A stretch of 63,755 nt of DNA, filler included, from Rhabdomonas costata (taxonomy: Eukaryota), in NCBI GenBank assembly GCA_019059605.1. It is 20 parts of 20 records of this genome, joined end to end, with 100 filler letters (N's around TTAATTAATTAA, not from the genome) between each part and the next. Parts side by side here need not be neighbours in the genome. Positions count along the whole stretch, not along the records: positions 9,534 to 12,597 come from JAHMHO010001419.1; positions 12,698 to 15,776 come from JAHMHO010001420.1; positions 15,877 to 19,299 come from JAHMHO010001421.1; positions 19,400 to 22,476 come from JAHMHO010001422.1; positions 22,577 to 25,653 come from JAHMHO010001423.1; 15 more parts are not named here. One strand, 5' to 3'. The notes beneath the pieces were generated by a model that saw only the letters and a program-made list of their open reading frames with translations, was not told the DNA's origin and ran no database searches. The translations under genes and the position numbers were made by a program. Position 1 is the stretch's first letter; every line of letters begins with the position of its first letter. Below are positions 11,472 through 24,518 of this stretch, piece after piece.

Positions 11472-14400
11472 TCTCTCCGTGCGGGGTGGTGAAGAGAAAA
11501 TAGAAGGTTCCCTACAGCAGCACAACGTCCACAGCCTCTGGAAACCGAGGCCAAATCCCTCTCGTCACGGGATCCCAGCCGTGAGTTCTTACCAGATAAG
11601 ACGAACAGAGAATACGGGGGAACATCTGCCTCAGCCTGAGAAGGAGAAGAAACCAAAGCACGGCGCAAGAAACGACTCTGATTAAGCAATCTGGAAACAG
11701 GCATACCCTTCCAAACGCACAGCCCACCTTCCGAGCTATTTAGCAGTGAGCATCCTCACGGTGCAAAACGGGAGGGACGGTACCTTCTCCTATAAGTTTC
11801 AGAGCTTCCTGGAATTGGAGGCAATCAAAGAATACATCGGTGTTCCACAACGAACACAAGAATTGGTCGCAATGCCCGACAACCGCCCTTACGCATTGCA
11901 ATAACAGGGATCCAGATGGGGTCACTTCTAACGACACTTTGCGGTTGTTCGTTTTCCCATTTCAAAAATCACCTGTCATTCGATGTGATGTGAGTCCTAG
12001 CCTTGGTCCTAGTCCTCACCTTTCTGTGAATAATGAAAAACAATGGCCAGCGGTAAAGGCAACCCATTCTTCAGCTCCGAAACAAAGGGCACACAAAGAG
12101 AACGCAACCCAGCGCAACATCCGGATGCTGGATGGGGCAGATAATTGCGGGGCCGAACTTCTAAAGCAACGCGGTACGCGCCAATCACACAAAACAAGCG
12201 AAAGAAAGTGGTGTCGCACGTTCAGAACGGAAAGCCGGGGGGGGGGGAGGGCTTCCGCCCAATAAAACTAAGGAGACGCGAACCCCGCCAATGACTGCGT
12301 ACTTGCAATCATCGGTGAAGTGGGAGCATTATTCAGCTCCAGCGGTTGTACGCAACGGTAAAAAAAAAAAGGGAAGATCGATAACGACTCACGGCTCTAT
12401 TTACAAAAGACGTCAAAAGAGCCACAAAATGAGAAATGGCGAAACAAAAGAATGAGGGAGAAAGCAACAGACACATGCACAGCGAGCAATGACTACACGA
12501 CAATACCCTGGAAATCTGCACAATACTGTTTTACTCATACTTGGGGAAGACAGAACGTACATACTGGGTGAAGACACAACGTACAAGACCACCAACANNN
12601 NNNNNNNNNNNNNNNNNNNNNNNNNNNNNNNNNNNNNNNNNTTAATTAATTAANNNNNNNNNNNNNNNNNNNNNNNNNNNNNNNNNNNNNNNNNNNNGTT
12701 TTGTTTGCAGCGAATTGGTTTCATGAATTTTTGCTTCCACTCGCCACTGTGTGTCCAAGGGGTGTAAGGGGTGTACATGGCCTCCAAGATATGTAAACGC
12801 CTTGCCAAGACGATGGCGTTTCGACGGGGCCTTCCTCTAACCAACCTTTGGAAGCAGAACGAAATAAACGTCCCTATCTGTTCTCACCTGAATAGGAGGT
12901 TCGTCTGTTTTCTGTGCTTGTGTCGTAAAAGAGCACTTTGCTGTTTTTTGTTTCTGCTTTTTATTTTCCTTGGTGCTTACTTGTCACCACTCTCTTCCCT
13001 TTCACTCTTCAGTGTCATACCAACTTTGGATGGGGCCGAGGCATCTTGGCTTGCCGTTCATCGCGACGATCTGGAGGCACTGCGGCATCACCTTCGGACG
13101 CATCAGGTGATACCTTCGAGGGAAAGTCCCCTCAAGCCTGCCCAGGCATCTGGGCTTCTGAGAAGATTATTGGAAACTTTTCCAGATATTTTATAATGGA
13201 GAGGGTGCTGCGTTCGCGCCGCAGATGGAAAACCTCTTGTGTCAGCATGGGACAGGCGCTGTGCAGGGCTTTGCGGTTGCTTGCTTCGTCGGTTGTTGGA
13301 TGGGCTTACGCGCCGTCTCTTGCCTAAGAAAAAAGTGTGAAGAGGGTTTCGGACCGCTGCTCGGTCCAATCCTGATCAAGGGATCGGGACAAAATCCAAT
13401 CAGAGCGTCGCAAATGGGAGCCGCTCTTCACCCCCGGCGTCCGAGCAGAATGCCAGCAGGGGAAAGGGCCGCAACAAGCCAGTCGGGCAAAAGGCACCTT
13501 AGATATGGAATGCCAAGCCCCTTGGGGCAAAGGATTCCGGCCCACCGGGATACGGTGGGAACGGGGCAAGGAGTTCAATGGCTTCTTTTGATCCCGGGGC
13601 GTGCTGTTGATCGCCTTCTTGCTCTTTTGGTGGTCCCCGCTTTTTTTGCCTTTGAATCTGTCTTTTTGATTGTTAATCTTTCTTCGGGACCACCCTTCCC
13701 CAATGTTCTGGGGCGGAGTGCCGGTCCTAATGACCAACCAAACCGGGTCAAAGAACGAAGTATGTACGGGGACGGGTGATCCTTCGAGCGACATATGTCC
13801 GTTCGGTGTGCGTGGTTGATCCCCTGATGCCGACCCACCCGCTGGGGTGTAGTGCTGGTGGCCTGGGCGTTTGTGGCTGGAGGGCTGGGCCATTAGCCAT
13901 AAAAATGCGTCCTCGGAAGTTATAAGGGACCATGGCGACACAAGGGCCCCCCGCTGGCCGACATCAGGCACCTGGTCGTTTTTTTGAATAAACGAGAGCA
14001 ATAGAGTTCCGATGGTCGATGATCAAAACCCAATTGCCCCAGATTGCCGCAATTCGAGGCGAAAAACCACGCACAAATCGTAAGCGATCGTAAAAACAAA
14101 CACGTTCATTCTAAACGCCTCGCCCCGGTTTCCCGCCTCAAACGCGTCTTCCGTATTTCTTGGGGTATTTTTTGTGGTGTCACTTCCTGAGGTCTTACCT
14201 TTTCCCCCTCGACCTTTTATACACCCGACGTACCGACGTACCGACGTATATGTACATGAACATGTGTATTTTTACGACGGCATATATAGGCTTCATATTA
14301 TTATTGATTTAAAAGCCATGGCCAACCAAGGTCACACAAGGTAAGGTTGGATTGCATTTTTTGACCGTGAAACATCGCCGGTGCTGCGGTTCAAAAAACC

Positions 14401-16231
14401 CCTCTTTTGGGACCCTGGTTCAATAAGCCCATCTGGCCTCATTGCTGCGGCGGCCGGTGCTGGCAGGTGTTGGTAAGGATTTCAATTTGCACATGGGTTT
14501 CGGATGCCACGTTTTCTGGCAGGCGCGCGGGCGAGCGAGGGAGGGAAAACCAACACCATGCACGACATGGGGCGCACCACGGACAAGAACCAACAACAAA
14601 AAACGGCAGCAATACCGAAGGGAATGGAGCTTGATTTCCGTGAGTGCGGCCATTGCTTTTGGAGGTGCGTGGAACTGTGAAAAATGGCCAGTATAATTTC
14701 AATAACATGGTTCAAAGGGCGTGGGATTCAGGGCAATGGCATTTTTTCGCAGATGAGGCGGATGACTCGGCATAACTATTTTTTTGCCACCGCCAAGAGT
14801 ACCAAGAGTAGGGGGTAGAAAGGCGGTTGGAAAGAGCCCAAACACCCCTCAATTCGAAAGCGGGGACATCATTTGTACAATGAACCTTGTGCGGTGTGCG
14901 TGTTTTACGCCGGTTGGAAGGCGAAAGGCGTGGGAAGGCGTGGATTAAAGAGCGCTTTGGACGATACGGACTTGGCACGATACGGCGGAAGAAAGCGGAG
15001 GGGACCAAAGCGGAGGAGAGCGACGGAAGACCGGCAAGACAAAGAAGCCCATCAAAAACAGGTCCCCGACAAGCCCGGGACTTGAAAACATCAAAATCAT
15101 GATCAAGGAAACCTGAGCGGAACAAAAGCGGCAACGCGACCACACCAGAAGGACGTACTTTCAAAGAAAGGCTTCGGGGTTGGTAGTGTCTTGTGCGTTT
15201 TGGAAACTTTGAAGCTTTGGATGTTTTGGGGTTCGGATTTGTTGGTTATGCTGAAGATCTTAAAGAAGGGGAGAAGATGTGCAGGAGCGTTGGGTTAGCT
15301 ACTGGGCCGCGGGCGGCCCACTTTCACCCCAACGCCCTGGCAAGGCACAAGACCCCCCGCCGACGGATAAGTCCCAGCAAGCAGCGGCGTCCGCAGGGGA
15401 AGTGTGAAGCGCCAGGTGCGCGGGCGCGCGCGATAGAGGGGAAGGCGGTTTGGTGTCGCGCGTCCGGCCGTCAAGTGCAAGTGCCCTTCGGAGAAGGCGG
15501 GCGCGAAGGCGGTGCGGGCAAGTCGGTCAGTTGGTTTTAAGCGACCGGGCAAATTCAGAAGGTGATTAAGTCCCTTCAAAGGAGGTGGCGCGACCGAGAT
15601 ATGGCTTGGGCAACTGCGCGTTAAAAAAATAAAGCCTTCTCGGTGGGTAGAAAGCGCTCAACGAGCGAAAGCTTTGCATTGCACTAATAAGCCATGTAAC
15701 TCTCTAAAACCTTCCCAGGAAAGATCCCATACAGAGGATGTTTTCCAAGATGCCACGCTTGAAAGTAGGGAACGCCNNNNNNNNNNNNNNNNNNNNNNNN
15801 NNNNNNNNNNNNNNNNNNNNTTAATTAATTAANNNNNNNNNNNNNNNNNNNNNNNNNNNNNNNNNNNNNNNNNNNNTGGGTAAGTGGGGTAGACGGTGTG
15901 AAATAGTTTAGGTAGGACGATCCATGGACGTTTCTTCTTTGTCTTTGTGTTTGCATTCTTTGTTTCCTCTTTTCAGGTGCAAGGCAGAAATTTCCAGAGC
16001 GGAATGCCATTTCCAGACTCCAGACTCAGGTCTTGGTTGGAAGGTGGTGGAAGGTGAGGAGGGAGGGGAACCTCTCCCCCTCGTGTGCCAGCTCCAGAGT
16101 TTCTCTAGCTGGTTGTGGTTTCTCCCAAACGATGTGGTATTTAGTTAGCTACATGTTCCAGAGTTCCTGCTTTCAGAGTCCAGTGTTCTTGGATCTACCT
16201 TTCCAGAGTTTCATCCCTACTTTCATAGCTT

Positions 16232-16249
16232 TGTGTATGTGTATGTGTT

Positions 16250-16310
<61 letters not shown>
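16232..16310. repeat. (TG)n microsatellite
   Basis: Long, nearly pure TG dinucleotide run read directly. Confidence 0.95.
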
Positions 16311-16314
<4 letters not shown>

Positions 16315-19172
16315 CCTATCTAGCCTCGCTTGCGCAGACCCACTACGCACCATCGTACACACCGCCAAACTTATTGTGGTTCCCACCCATAGACGGGCCA
16401 TGGAGCCTTGAGGGGTTCCCGGTCAAAGGCATGCAGAGGGCTGGTAGGCCTGGGGTACCCCTGGTAAACCCCCTCTAGCCATCGATTCCAGCCCGGGAAA
16501 TGGAATTTGTGACACTTAGCGACCCCACACGCGTGGGATCCCTCAGAACTTCCGGCCACGGCATGAAGGCGGCATAGCGTGAAAGTGATGGAAACGTTTC
16601 CTCGCTTCTGCTTTGCTTCTGCTTTGTTTCACACGAGAACATCTGCCCCTCCACTCCGGGGCGCTAAACTTCCAGGAGAGGTCCACGGGAAAAGCTTTGG
16701 CAGAATTTTTTCCAGGAAGACTGGTTGACCCGAATCTTCCGGGAAAGGCTGGCGGGAAAGATCACGGAATCAAAAGCATGCTTGGCGAATAAAAAACAGG
16801 TTTACAAAGCGGGGCCCGCCCAAAAAACCTCGCGCAACTCAGACGGACGGCGCCAACGGAAACAGCAAACAAACAAACGAAGCATAACATGGGGGCAGTG
16901 TGGCTCGGAAAAACTCGGGAAAACGGCGGGGGGCAGGAGCTCCATATTTTCCTCCTTCCCTTTTCGACGTGACCACGGTGAACCCGATGGAAGTTTGACT
17001 ACACAGGCAAACCAGAAAGATGCCAGAAAGATGCCCCGTTTTGTGGGTAAACGATGATGTTCACAGAAAGTTCGGACAAGGTTAACGCCTTTATTTCGTG
17101 TCTGTGGGTTGGTAATCCCGTCTGGCCTTGTCGCTGCAACCCCTAAATTCAGGTCCTTTGGGCGGTGCTTTGAGCAGTTTTCTGGAACATTGGAATTATC
17201 CAGACATCAATCGGTGAACTTTGCGTTATTCCATATTCCATATTCCTTGACCTTGTACATCACTGCTCGAACAAAGGTACTGGTCGCGAGCTTTGATAAA
17301 TTTAGACCATTTTTTGGTGCAAGCCCAACAAAAACCCGTCCTTGCATAATTACCGCAGAAAACGATGCGGAACAAAAGAGCACCCATGAGTTAATGAGAG
17401 AGAGAGTCCAGATTCTCTCAAGCTTTCTGCCTTTTTTTGCTCCTCTGCTCTGCAAGAAGTTCATCAAACTGTCGAGAGTGTGCACAGCCACTCAGCAAAT
17501 CCTCAGCCGTGGCTCCGGCTTTAGAGCGAATAGAGAAGCTGGCGTTCATCGGCAGTCGCTTCAAAAGCCTGAGGATCCTCGGCCACTCAGTGCAGCCTGT
17601 GTGCGCGACACAGACTACCAGAATCAATTCTCAAAGCGTTGAAGTCCGACAAAGAAAGTCGGGAACAGGGTGATAAACACATGACTGAATGTAAAATCAG
17701 CCGTAAAAACACACCAAAGCTTTCATCGAACCAAAAAGCACGAAAAGCGCTGGCGGCACAGGAGGCTTGCAAGTGTCGTGTTGCGGCTAACATCGACGGT
17801 GAGATTAGCGGGTGGTGTAGAAATGGGTGATATACAGCAAACACCACACATGAACGTGGCAGTTAGCACACGAAAAGGAATCAGGGAAAAAGGAAGTGAT
17901 GGTGTGCACATTGAAGGTTTCTGATATGAATCACGGCAAATTCACGTCAATGATGCAACGGAGATGAGCAGACGTGACGAGCGCACAAGTTGTGGATTTG
18001 CAGATGAGAAAAGGATAGCATACCAGGATCGCCGGACAGCCAGCCAGAGATCAGGCTGTGCACACAGGTGCGTCCCGAACTATCTTGGCAGTTCACAAAC
18101 CTGTGGTGAAATCCCGATAGCTCGATACCGCACAGAGAAGCAACCAAAACAAAAAGAAGAAGAAAATACATTGGGAGAGTGGGCTTACAGAAGGCTTAAA
18201 GAGTCTCAAGAACAGCACACGCCGAGCTTCCACCAAATCCACCGAGTCGCACCGTACGAATTATGTCTCATTCTTTTTGCGCCACAACTTCATCCTGGCT
18301 TCATCTTTCACGTGAAGCTTTGCAACTGCAAATGGACGCTTCAATGGAATTTTCCGCTGGCATCACCAACCAACCCCTTCTAATCTCCTCTTCCAGTTAT
18401 TCCACGAATCCACCTCCCACCTCCCACAACACCAGGACCCCACTCAACTTAGAGGATGCGTCCCCTCACCCCCAGCTTCCCGACAGGTCTTGTCCTACCT
18501 CTGTCTTCCCTCTCCTCAGGCCTTGTCCTATCCCACGGACATTTACCCTCATTTTACTTCACTACGCCTTCCATGAAAGTAGCAACGTGCTATCATCTCC
18601 ACCTCTTGTGGCTCGCCGCACCTCGAATTTGTGTGCTCTATTTTTGTTCAAGCCGTGTTTTGGGGCCAAGCCAAGCTATTTTCGGGTTAACATCCTGCAT
18701 CTGCGTAGTGTGTGCGCGCTGTGACCTCTCGCCGTTCCCCTTGCTGAGAAGCCGCACCACCATGTGGGGTGCCTGGGTGTGCAAAGAGGTCTCGCCCAGG
18801 CGGTTGCGCGCTCCCAATGAAGCCCTGCGGGGGTGGGGGTGGGGGTGGTATCTAGCACCCTCACCCCAAATGCAACACTGCAACTCTACTGAGGAAAAAG
18901 GCCTTAAATGCAAAAAAAAAATGTCCACAGGTCAGACTCAGGACAATGTTTAACAAAAACAGGAAACGAGCCGCTTCAGAGTTCAGAAATCGCTGTCCAT
19001 GTTACCAGTACTGGAAATCCATGCTACTCTTTCAAGGACCGCGTCCATCGCTTTTCCGCTCATGACCACCCTACACACCACATCCACTGCCGTTGCGGGA
19101 CTCTCAGAGGGAGCCGAACATGAAAAATAACCACGATACGAGAAGCGAAACTCTGAGCATGAAGCTGTGGTT

Positions 19173-19291
19173 GTGTCAGCACTGGTCAACGATTCCTACA
19201 AATAGGAACCCCATATTTTCAAATTTAATAAAAATATTAATTTCAAAATATGGGGTTCCTATTTGTAGGAATCGTTGACCAGTGCTGACAC
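19173..19291. repeat. Contig-terminal inverted repeat (47-bp arms)
   Basis: 19173-19219 is the reverse complement of 19245-19291, around an AT-rich imperfect core, directly before the contig end. Confidence 0.95.
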
Positions 19292-19443
19292 CACCACACN
19301 NNNNNNNNNNNNNNNNNNNNNNNNNNNNNNNNNNNNNNNNNNNTTAATTAATTAANNNNNNNNNNNNNNNNNNNNNNNNNNNNNNNNNNNNNNNNNNNNT
19401 TTTGTGTGGGAATCTTGCTTTAGCGTCTTCGACTTCTTGCACC

Positions 19444-22073
19444 CTGGGAAACTGAAGTACGAGTCCGTGTTGCACCTTTCACAACGGGGACCACGCCAGC
19501 GTGGATGGCATACACAGTGAGCCTCAACGCAGCGGCCTCGAAAGGTGCAGTCCTCACGAGTTTCACACGCCGCAATTCCCAACGCCTCAGTAACAGCACT
19601 GCCGTGGGAAACTGCCCCATGTGTTTCCCTGAGTTGGTGCAAGAAGTCGAAGACGCTAAAGCAAGATTCCCACAAAAAAGGCAATCCTGTCCTGCTGAAT
19701 CCTTCTCTTTTCAAGGTTACCCCTTTTCCGTTCGAATTTTTTTTAACTGCGCAGTGATTGTGTGCGTGTCGTTTTGCGTACAATGTGCATACCCAAACAG
19801 CAGTGGAATAAGTGCAGAATGCGTGCAGAATGAGTGCAACAATTCAAAATGACTTACGAGGAACAACCAATTTCATGTCAATGCTTGCCCTTGGGCACTG
19901 TTTCAACGCCAACAATATCCTAAGTTCCTTTTGGCAAAACTTTCTCAATTTTCCTAAAAAGACCTCACCGCACCGCTCAGAGGCCAGAAATCCTTGGAAA
20001 AAAAAAGCAAAACTTGTTCTTTGTTTGCTGTTTGGTGTTTGGTGTTTGCACGTGCAAAGAAAGGCCCCAGATTTTTGCTCAAAAAGAAGACACCATGAAT
20101 GTGTGTTGCAAAAATCGTAACGAATGTGTGCGAAGTGTGAGAAATGGCTTAACTCCATTCGCTGCCAAAGCAGCTTATTTTTGTGCGGGTGTTTCAGAGT
20201 CGATAACCCAACACAGACATACATGAACTTCTCGCCTGCAATAGAGGGCGCAGGAGGCTGAACAGCCCCAACCATCACTGACGATGACGATAGTGCCAAG
20301 GAGGAAAAAACTCCTACCTGCAGAGTAAATGCGGGAAGGAACGTGCTTTTAAACAAAATATTTGAGTCTAGAAGAAGCGGCAGCGACGTACTTTAATGTA
20401 CACGGTAGACGGGAAAGGCCAACCCCGGTAAAAGACACTTCGGCGGTAGTAGCAAAAGGAGTAGGTGGCGTTCGGAAGAAGCTGCTCCGCCTTCAGAAAT
20501 ATCGTCACTGTTGAGTTTGAATGGGATGTTACCCTGGAGTCGGTCACGGGTGTGGCGCAGGTGGTGTGGTCGCAGTGGCCCTGGAGCAAACCAAAGCGAA
20601 AGAGGATATTTAACATTTGGCTACTTCTGCAGTGGCTCATTTGATGAACAACAAAAAAGCTTTCATTGCCACATTGCCACTTGCGAAAGCACAAAAACAG
20701 AGCAAGCTCTATTACCTCTGCACTCGGAACAGTTCCCCAGCGGTCGTTGGCAACGCTGAGATTGTGACCCTCCAGGTTGAACGTGTACCCCTCGGGAGAG
20801 GAAGAAACCCCCAAGCAAAACGTTAAAGGGGGGTCTCGGTGCTGTCGGAACCGAAACCGCGGCAACGGGCAAGACCAGCGATTGTGCCCTGAACGAAACC
20901 AACAAATGAGGGCAAAAATACACCGGAGACACAGGAAACTGGAAAACCAACCCTTTATGCTGACCTGTCGAAACGTAGTCCAAATGAGGCAGGTCAGGAA
21001 TAAACTGCGGGATGGGTCCCGTCAGCCGATTGTCGGCAAGAGCAAGGCGGCGCAACGACCGAAGCCCTGTGAATGATTGTGGTATTCCTCCCTCTAGTCT
21101 GTTGTTGATGAGATAAAGGTTTTGGAGCTTGGACAAAGCGCCAAGAGCCTGAAAAAAACAATGCGGCTGACGGGAACCAGCCAGATGCGATTGATGAAAA
21201 ACGCAAGAGAGAGAAAGCTCAACGCGTTCAAAGAGATCTGCAGCAATGGCAGAGAATTTGGACTTACCGCTGGAATGGTTCCAATCAAGCGATTGCTGTA
21301 AATGTTGAACTCGGTTAGGTTCCCTAACCTTCCAACCAAAGAGGAAAAATTGGTGAGCTGGTTGTAGGACAGGTTGATCACTTTCAAGGAACTCAACTCG
21401 GCAATCCAATCCGGAAGCCATCCTATGCCGAAACAATGCGTCGAAGAGAAATGAAGTCACTCAAACTCACCGCACTCACGCAAAGCAAATAAACCTTGCA
21501 GGTCGTTCTTGGAAGCACTAAGAGTGGTTAACTTCTTCAAGTGTCTCATGTCACTTGGTAAAGGACCAGTAATTCGGTTCCCAGTCAATGTCAGATCCCT
21601 GTGTAAAAGAAAAGCTGCGCTGAAAACAGTCACAGTGTGAGATGGAGAACAAAAAAATCAAGTGGCAAAGAACCTTAGCTCCGTCAGCGCACCAATCGAC
21701 TGAGGAAGTGCCCCAGACAAACGGTTATTTACCAGCCGCAAACCGACGATGCGACCCTTCATACATTTGACGCCATGCCATCCAGAGCAAGGTTCCTGAG
21801 GAGGCAAAACAAAACCAACACAGCGACGGCTGTGGTGGGTGGTAGAAATACTAACTAACAACAGATGAGCCCGCCAAATAGTGGAGAACATACATTCTTT
21901 AACCAGTCTTTGTTCTTGACCCAACTGGGGCCACCCAGTGACTTGTATAAATCCTCAAGAGCGGACCGCTCATCCGCCTGGAAAAGAGCCGATTTTGCCA
22001 TGGGACAAAAACCGACGGCAACGAAAAGCAAGATTTGAGTAAGCTTGAGAAAGGGGTGCAAGAAGGCGTTCAT
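19444..22073 (-). CDS. Secreted/receptor-like protein with plant-type LRRs and an EGF-like domain, partial, multi-exon
   Basis: Hydrophobic N-terminus (MNAFLHPFLKLTQILLFVAVGFCP), LRRNT cap (DERSALEDLYKSLGGPSW..EPCSGWHGVKC), several LxxLxLxxNxLxGxIP repeats, NRWSCPLP cap, and an EGF-like exon (CETREDCTFRGRCVEAHCVCHPRWRGPRCERC). All introns I checked are GT-AG and in phase. Confidence 0.85.
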
Positions 22074-22358
22074 CCTCAAAAGCAGCTGCGGAGAACAGAA
22101 AAATACTCACAACGGAGGTTACGAAACAAAACAGAACCCCCCCTGATCGCGCACACAAACACTGCCGTGTCTGAAGATGATGATTGCTTGGGATCCGTTT
22201 GCTCTCCTCGAGCAAAGCAAATCAATTCAGCTCAACACAGGGACCGCGAACTACGCTCAGCTTAGCCTGCGCCCATCTCTCACATCCTTCTTCTTGTTGG
22301 TCGACAATTTGTGTTACCTTGTCTTTCTTCTTGGAATGTGTGTTCAAATGGACGTGAC

Positions 22359-22471
22359 GGTAATTCGCTGAGGAGGTTAGGAGGTATAATGTGAAATACC
22401 CCCCCCCCCAAGGAAGATAAGGGGGGGGGGGTATTTCACATTATACCTCCTAACCTCCTCAGCGAATTACC
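22359..22471. repeat. Contig-terminal inverted repeat (51-bp arms)
   Basis: 22359-22409 is the reverse complement of 22421-22471, with a C11/G11 inner stem and an 11-nt loop. Confidence 0.95.
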
Positions 22472-22576
22472 ACAACNNNNNNNNNNNNNNNNNNNNNNNN
22501 NNNNNNNNNNNNNNNNNNNNTTAATTAATTAANNNNNNNNNNNNNNNNNNNNNNNNNNNNNNNNNNNNNNNNNNNN

Positions 22577-23655
22577 CGCCTAGCGATCAGCTTCCGCAGC
22601 TGTGCAAGGCGACCCCCGAGGAGCGGGTCACAGCGACCACTGGTGTCGGCTTCCGTGTCAGGCGTGTTAAACTCCAGCTGCCTTTGAAGGTCCTGGAGGT
22701 ACTTGGCAATCTGAGACGCAAGATCTTGGTTTCCCACCACCTGACAGACTCTCAGCATCTGAATGTGTGCTCGAATGGCCTTTTCCACAACGCTGAGGTT
22801 GTCCATGCTCAGCTTCTCCCCGCTCTCCACAGTAATGGCGACGCCATCCCCGAGCTTCGGGTCGACGGGTAAGGACTGCAGCCAAACGATTGAGGTCTGT
22901 TGAGTGATTGCCAACTGGTCTGCAGGTGACGTACTCCACGGAGTGGAAAGCCAACAAGCATTCTGAGACTGAACCACAATGCGACTCTCCAGGCCATCGT
23001 TGAAGAGCTCAGCGAGAACAACTGCCTCTGTTTGGACGTCATGGGGCTGGGGAAGATCAACCAGAGCGGGCTGACATACAGTGCTCAGCTGGAGCACGCT
23101 GGCCAAACCCCGAGTGTCAGGCTGGTTCGATGAAGTGAAGTAACGGATCGCCTGCGCGCTGACCCGAAGGTTCTGGGCCTGAATGTACCGAGAAACTTCC
23201 AACGAAGCCTTCACAGACTGCTCCTGATCACCCAGGTCACCATCGGAGATGGCCAGGATGCGGTAGCCGACATTCGGGTCAACCAGCAGGGTCTGCAAAT
23301 GGGGAAACACGGCAGCCATATAGGTACAGCCCTGTGCTCCAATGGGAAGCTTTGCAAGATCACCCACGGTGGTGGCGAAGACTTCGGTGGTGCTGTCGAA
23401 AGTTATGAGAGTGACTTTATCCGTAGCCTCATACTTCAGCTTCAGCAGCGCTTGAGGCAGGAGAACGGAGAGCACATCCTTGAAGATGCTGGACATGGAC
23501 CCCGAGCGGTCCAAGACAACGATGGTGTCGATCCTTGTGTTGGAGACAGTCGGAGCCGAACTGCCTTCAAAGTCAAGCAGCTGCCCTGCAAAAAGCTTCT
23601 CGCCAACTGGAAAAACTCGGATTCGTGGTCCAGGGAGGGCCATTGTACACGCCAA
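22577..23655 (-). CDS. von Willebrand factor A domain protein, intronless, 3'-truncated
   Basis: Uninterrupted ORF of about 360 codons with MIDAS residues IVVLDRSGSM (DxSxS), LITFDS, GCTYM (T) and ILAISDGD (D). It runs off the contig edge. Confidence 0.85.
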
Positions 23656-24518
23656 AACTGAGAAGAAACTTCCAGAGGCAAACGCGACACCCTCAAGGCG
23701 ATTTTCATTTTTAGCGGAATTGTGCTAATGGTTTTTTGGACTTTTCTGTACGAGTGGGACAAATTAGAGTGGAGAAAACTGACGATGCAAATGCATATCG
23801 AAGACTCAAGTGCAAGGAACACTGCTGCTAATGGCAATTGCAATAGAAGAAAAGCCCTGGGTTCAGTCGCAGACGCGACACAATCCAACAAATCCACACC
23901 TAACACACGCCACGGCAAAGAGAGTTGAGAGTCGATTCGACGACGAGCGGGCTTCTCGACGCTCTGGCCTTACACACGAAATTCGGAACAACATGAAGAA
24001 CAACGATGACTTCGTGGCGATGGGATTTACAAAGTATCAGTGCTCAGGAGGGCACGGCGCCCAACGGGCGCGGGGGACTGTTCACGGCGCACAGGCAGAG
24101 AAAAAACAGTACGACATTGGATCAGATCATACTACCGGCCAGCATTGACTCACACATCCATAGCTACAACCAAATGAGGTACCCAAGAACAAACAAGGGA
24201 CAGAACAGAGCAGAGGAAATTGAACAACAAAATAAAGTATGAGCACGGCAAGCTAGACTGAGGAATGGGGAAAAGGAGGGCGTCTGTCATTCAACAAAGC
24301 AAAGGGCGCGCGTTGCGCACATTACACGCCCCCTACCACTCCCACCTGACAAAAACACACAGGGACGTGCAGATCACAGCAAAAGCTGCCTCAAACACAA
24401 AAGAAAGACACCAACAATTACACAACCCACAACCCACGGAGGAGGGTGAAGACGAAGGAAGGACGGAGCGGTGGGTCCGCTGCCTGCCCTGCCATGTCGT
24501 CCGGGCACTACTGGGTGC

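Noticed and set aside
13120..13310. RNase MRP-like GAAAGTCCCC..GGGCTTA pair, and a tyrosine-recombinase-like GCWMGLR motif
   Set aside because: The remaining conserved elements are missing for both interpretations.
14300..14400. Spliced-leader RNA-like arrangement (AAG|GTAAG, ATTTTTTG, then a hairpin)
   Set aside because: It is a single copy with no convincing match to euglenid, diplonemid or kinetoplastid leaders, and the motifs are short enough to arise by chance.
17109..17673. Overlapping ORFs on both strands in the 3.4-kb contig
   Set aside because: No recognisable motif or consistent exon chain, and the coding strand cannot be assigned.
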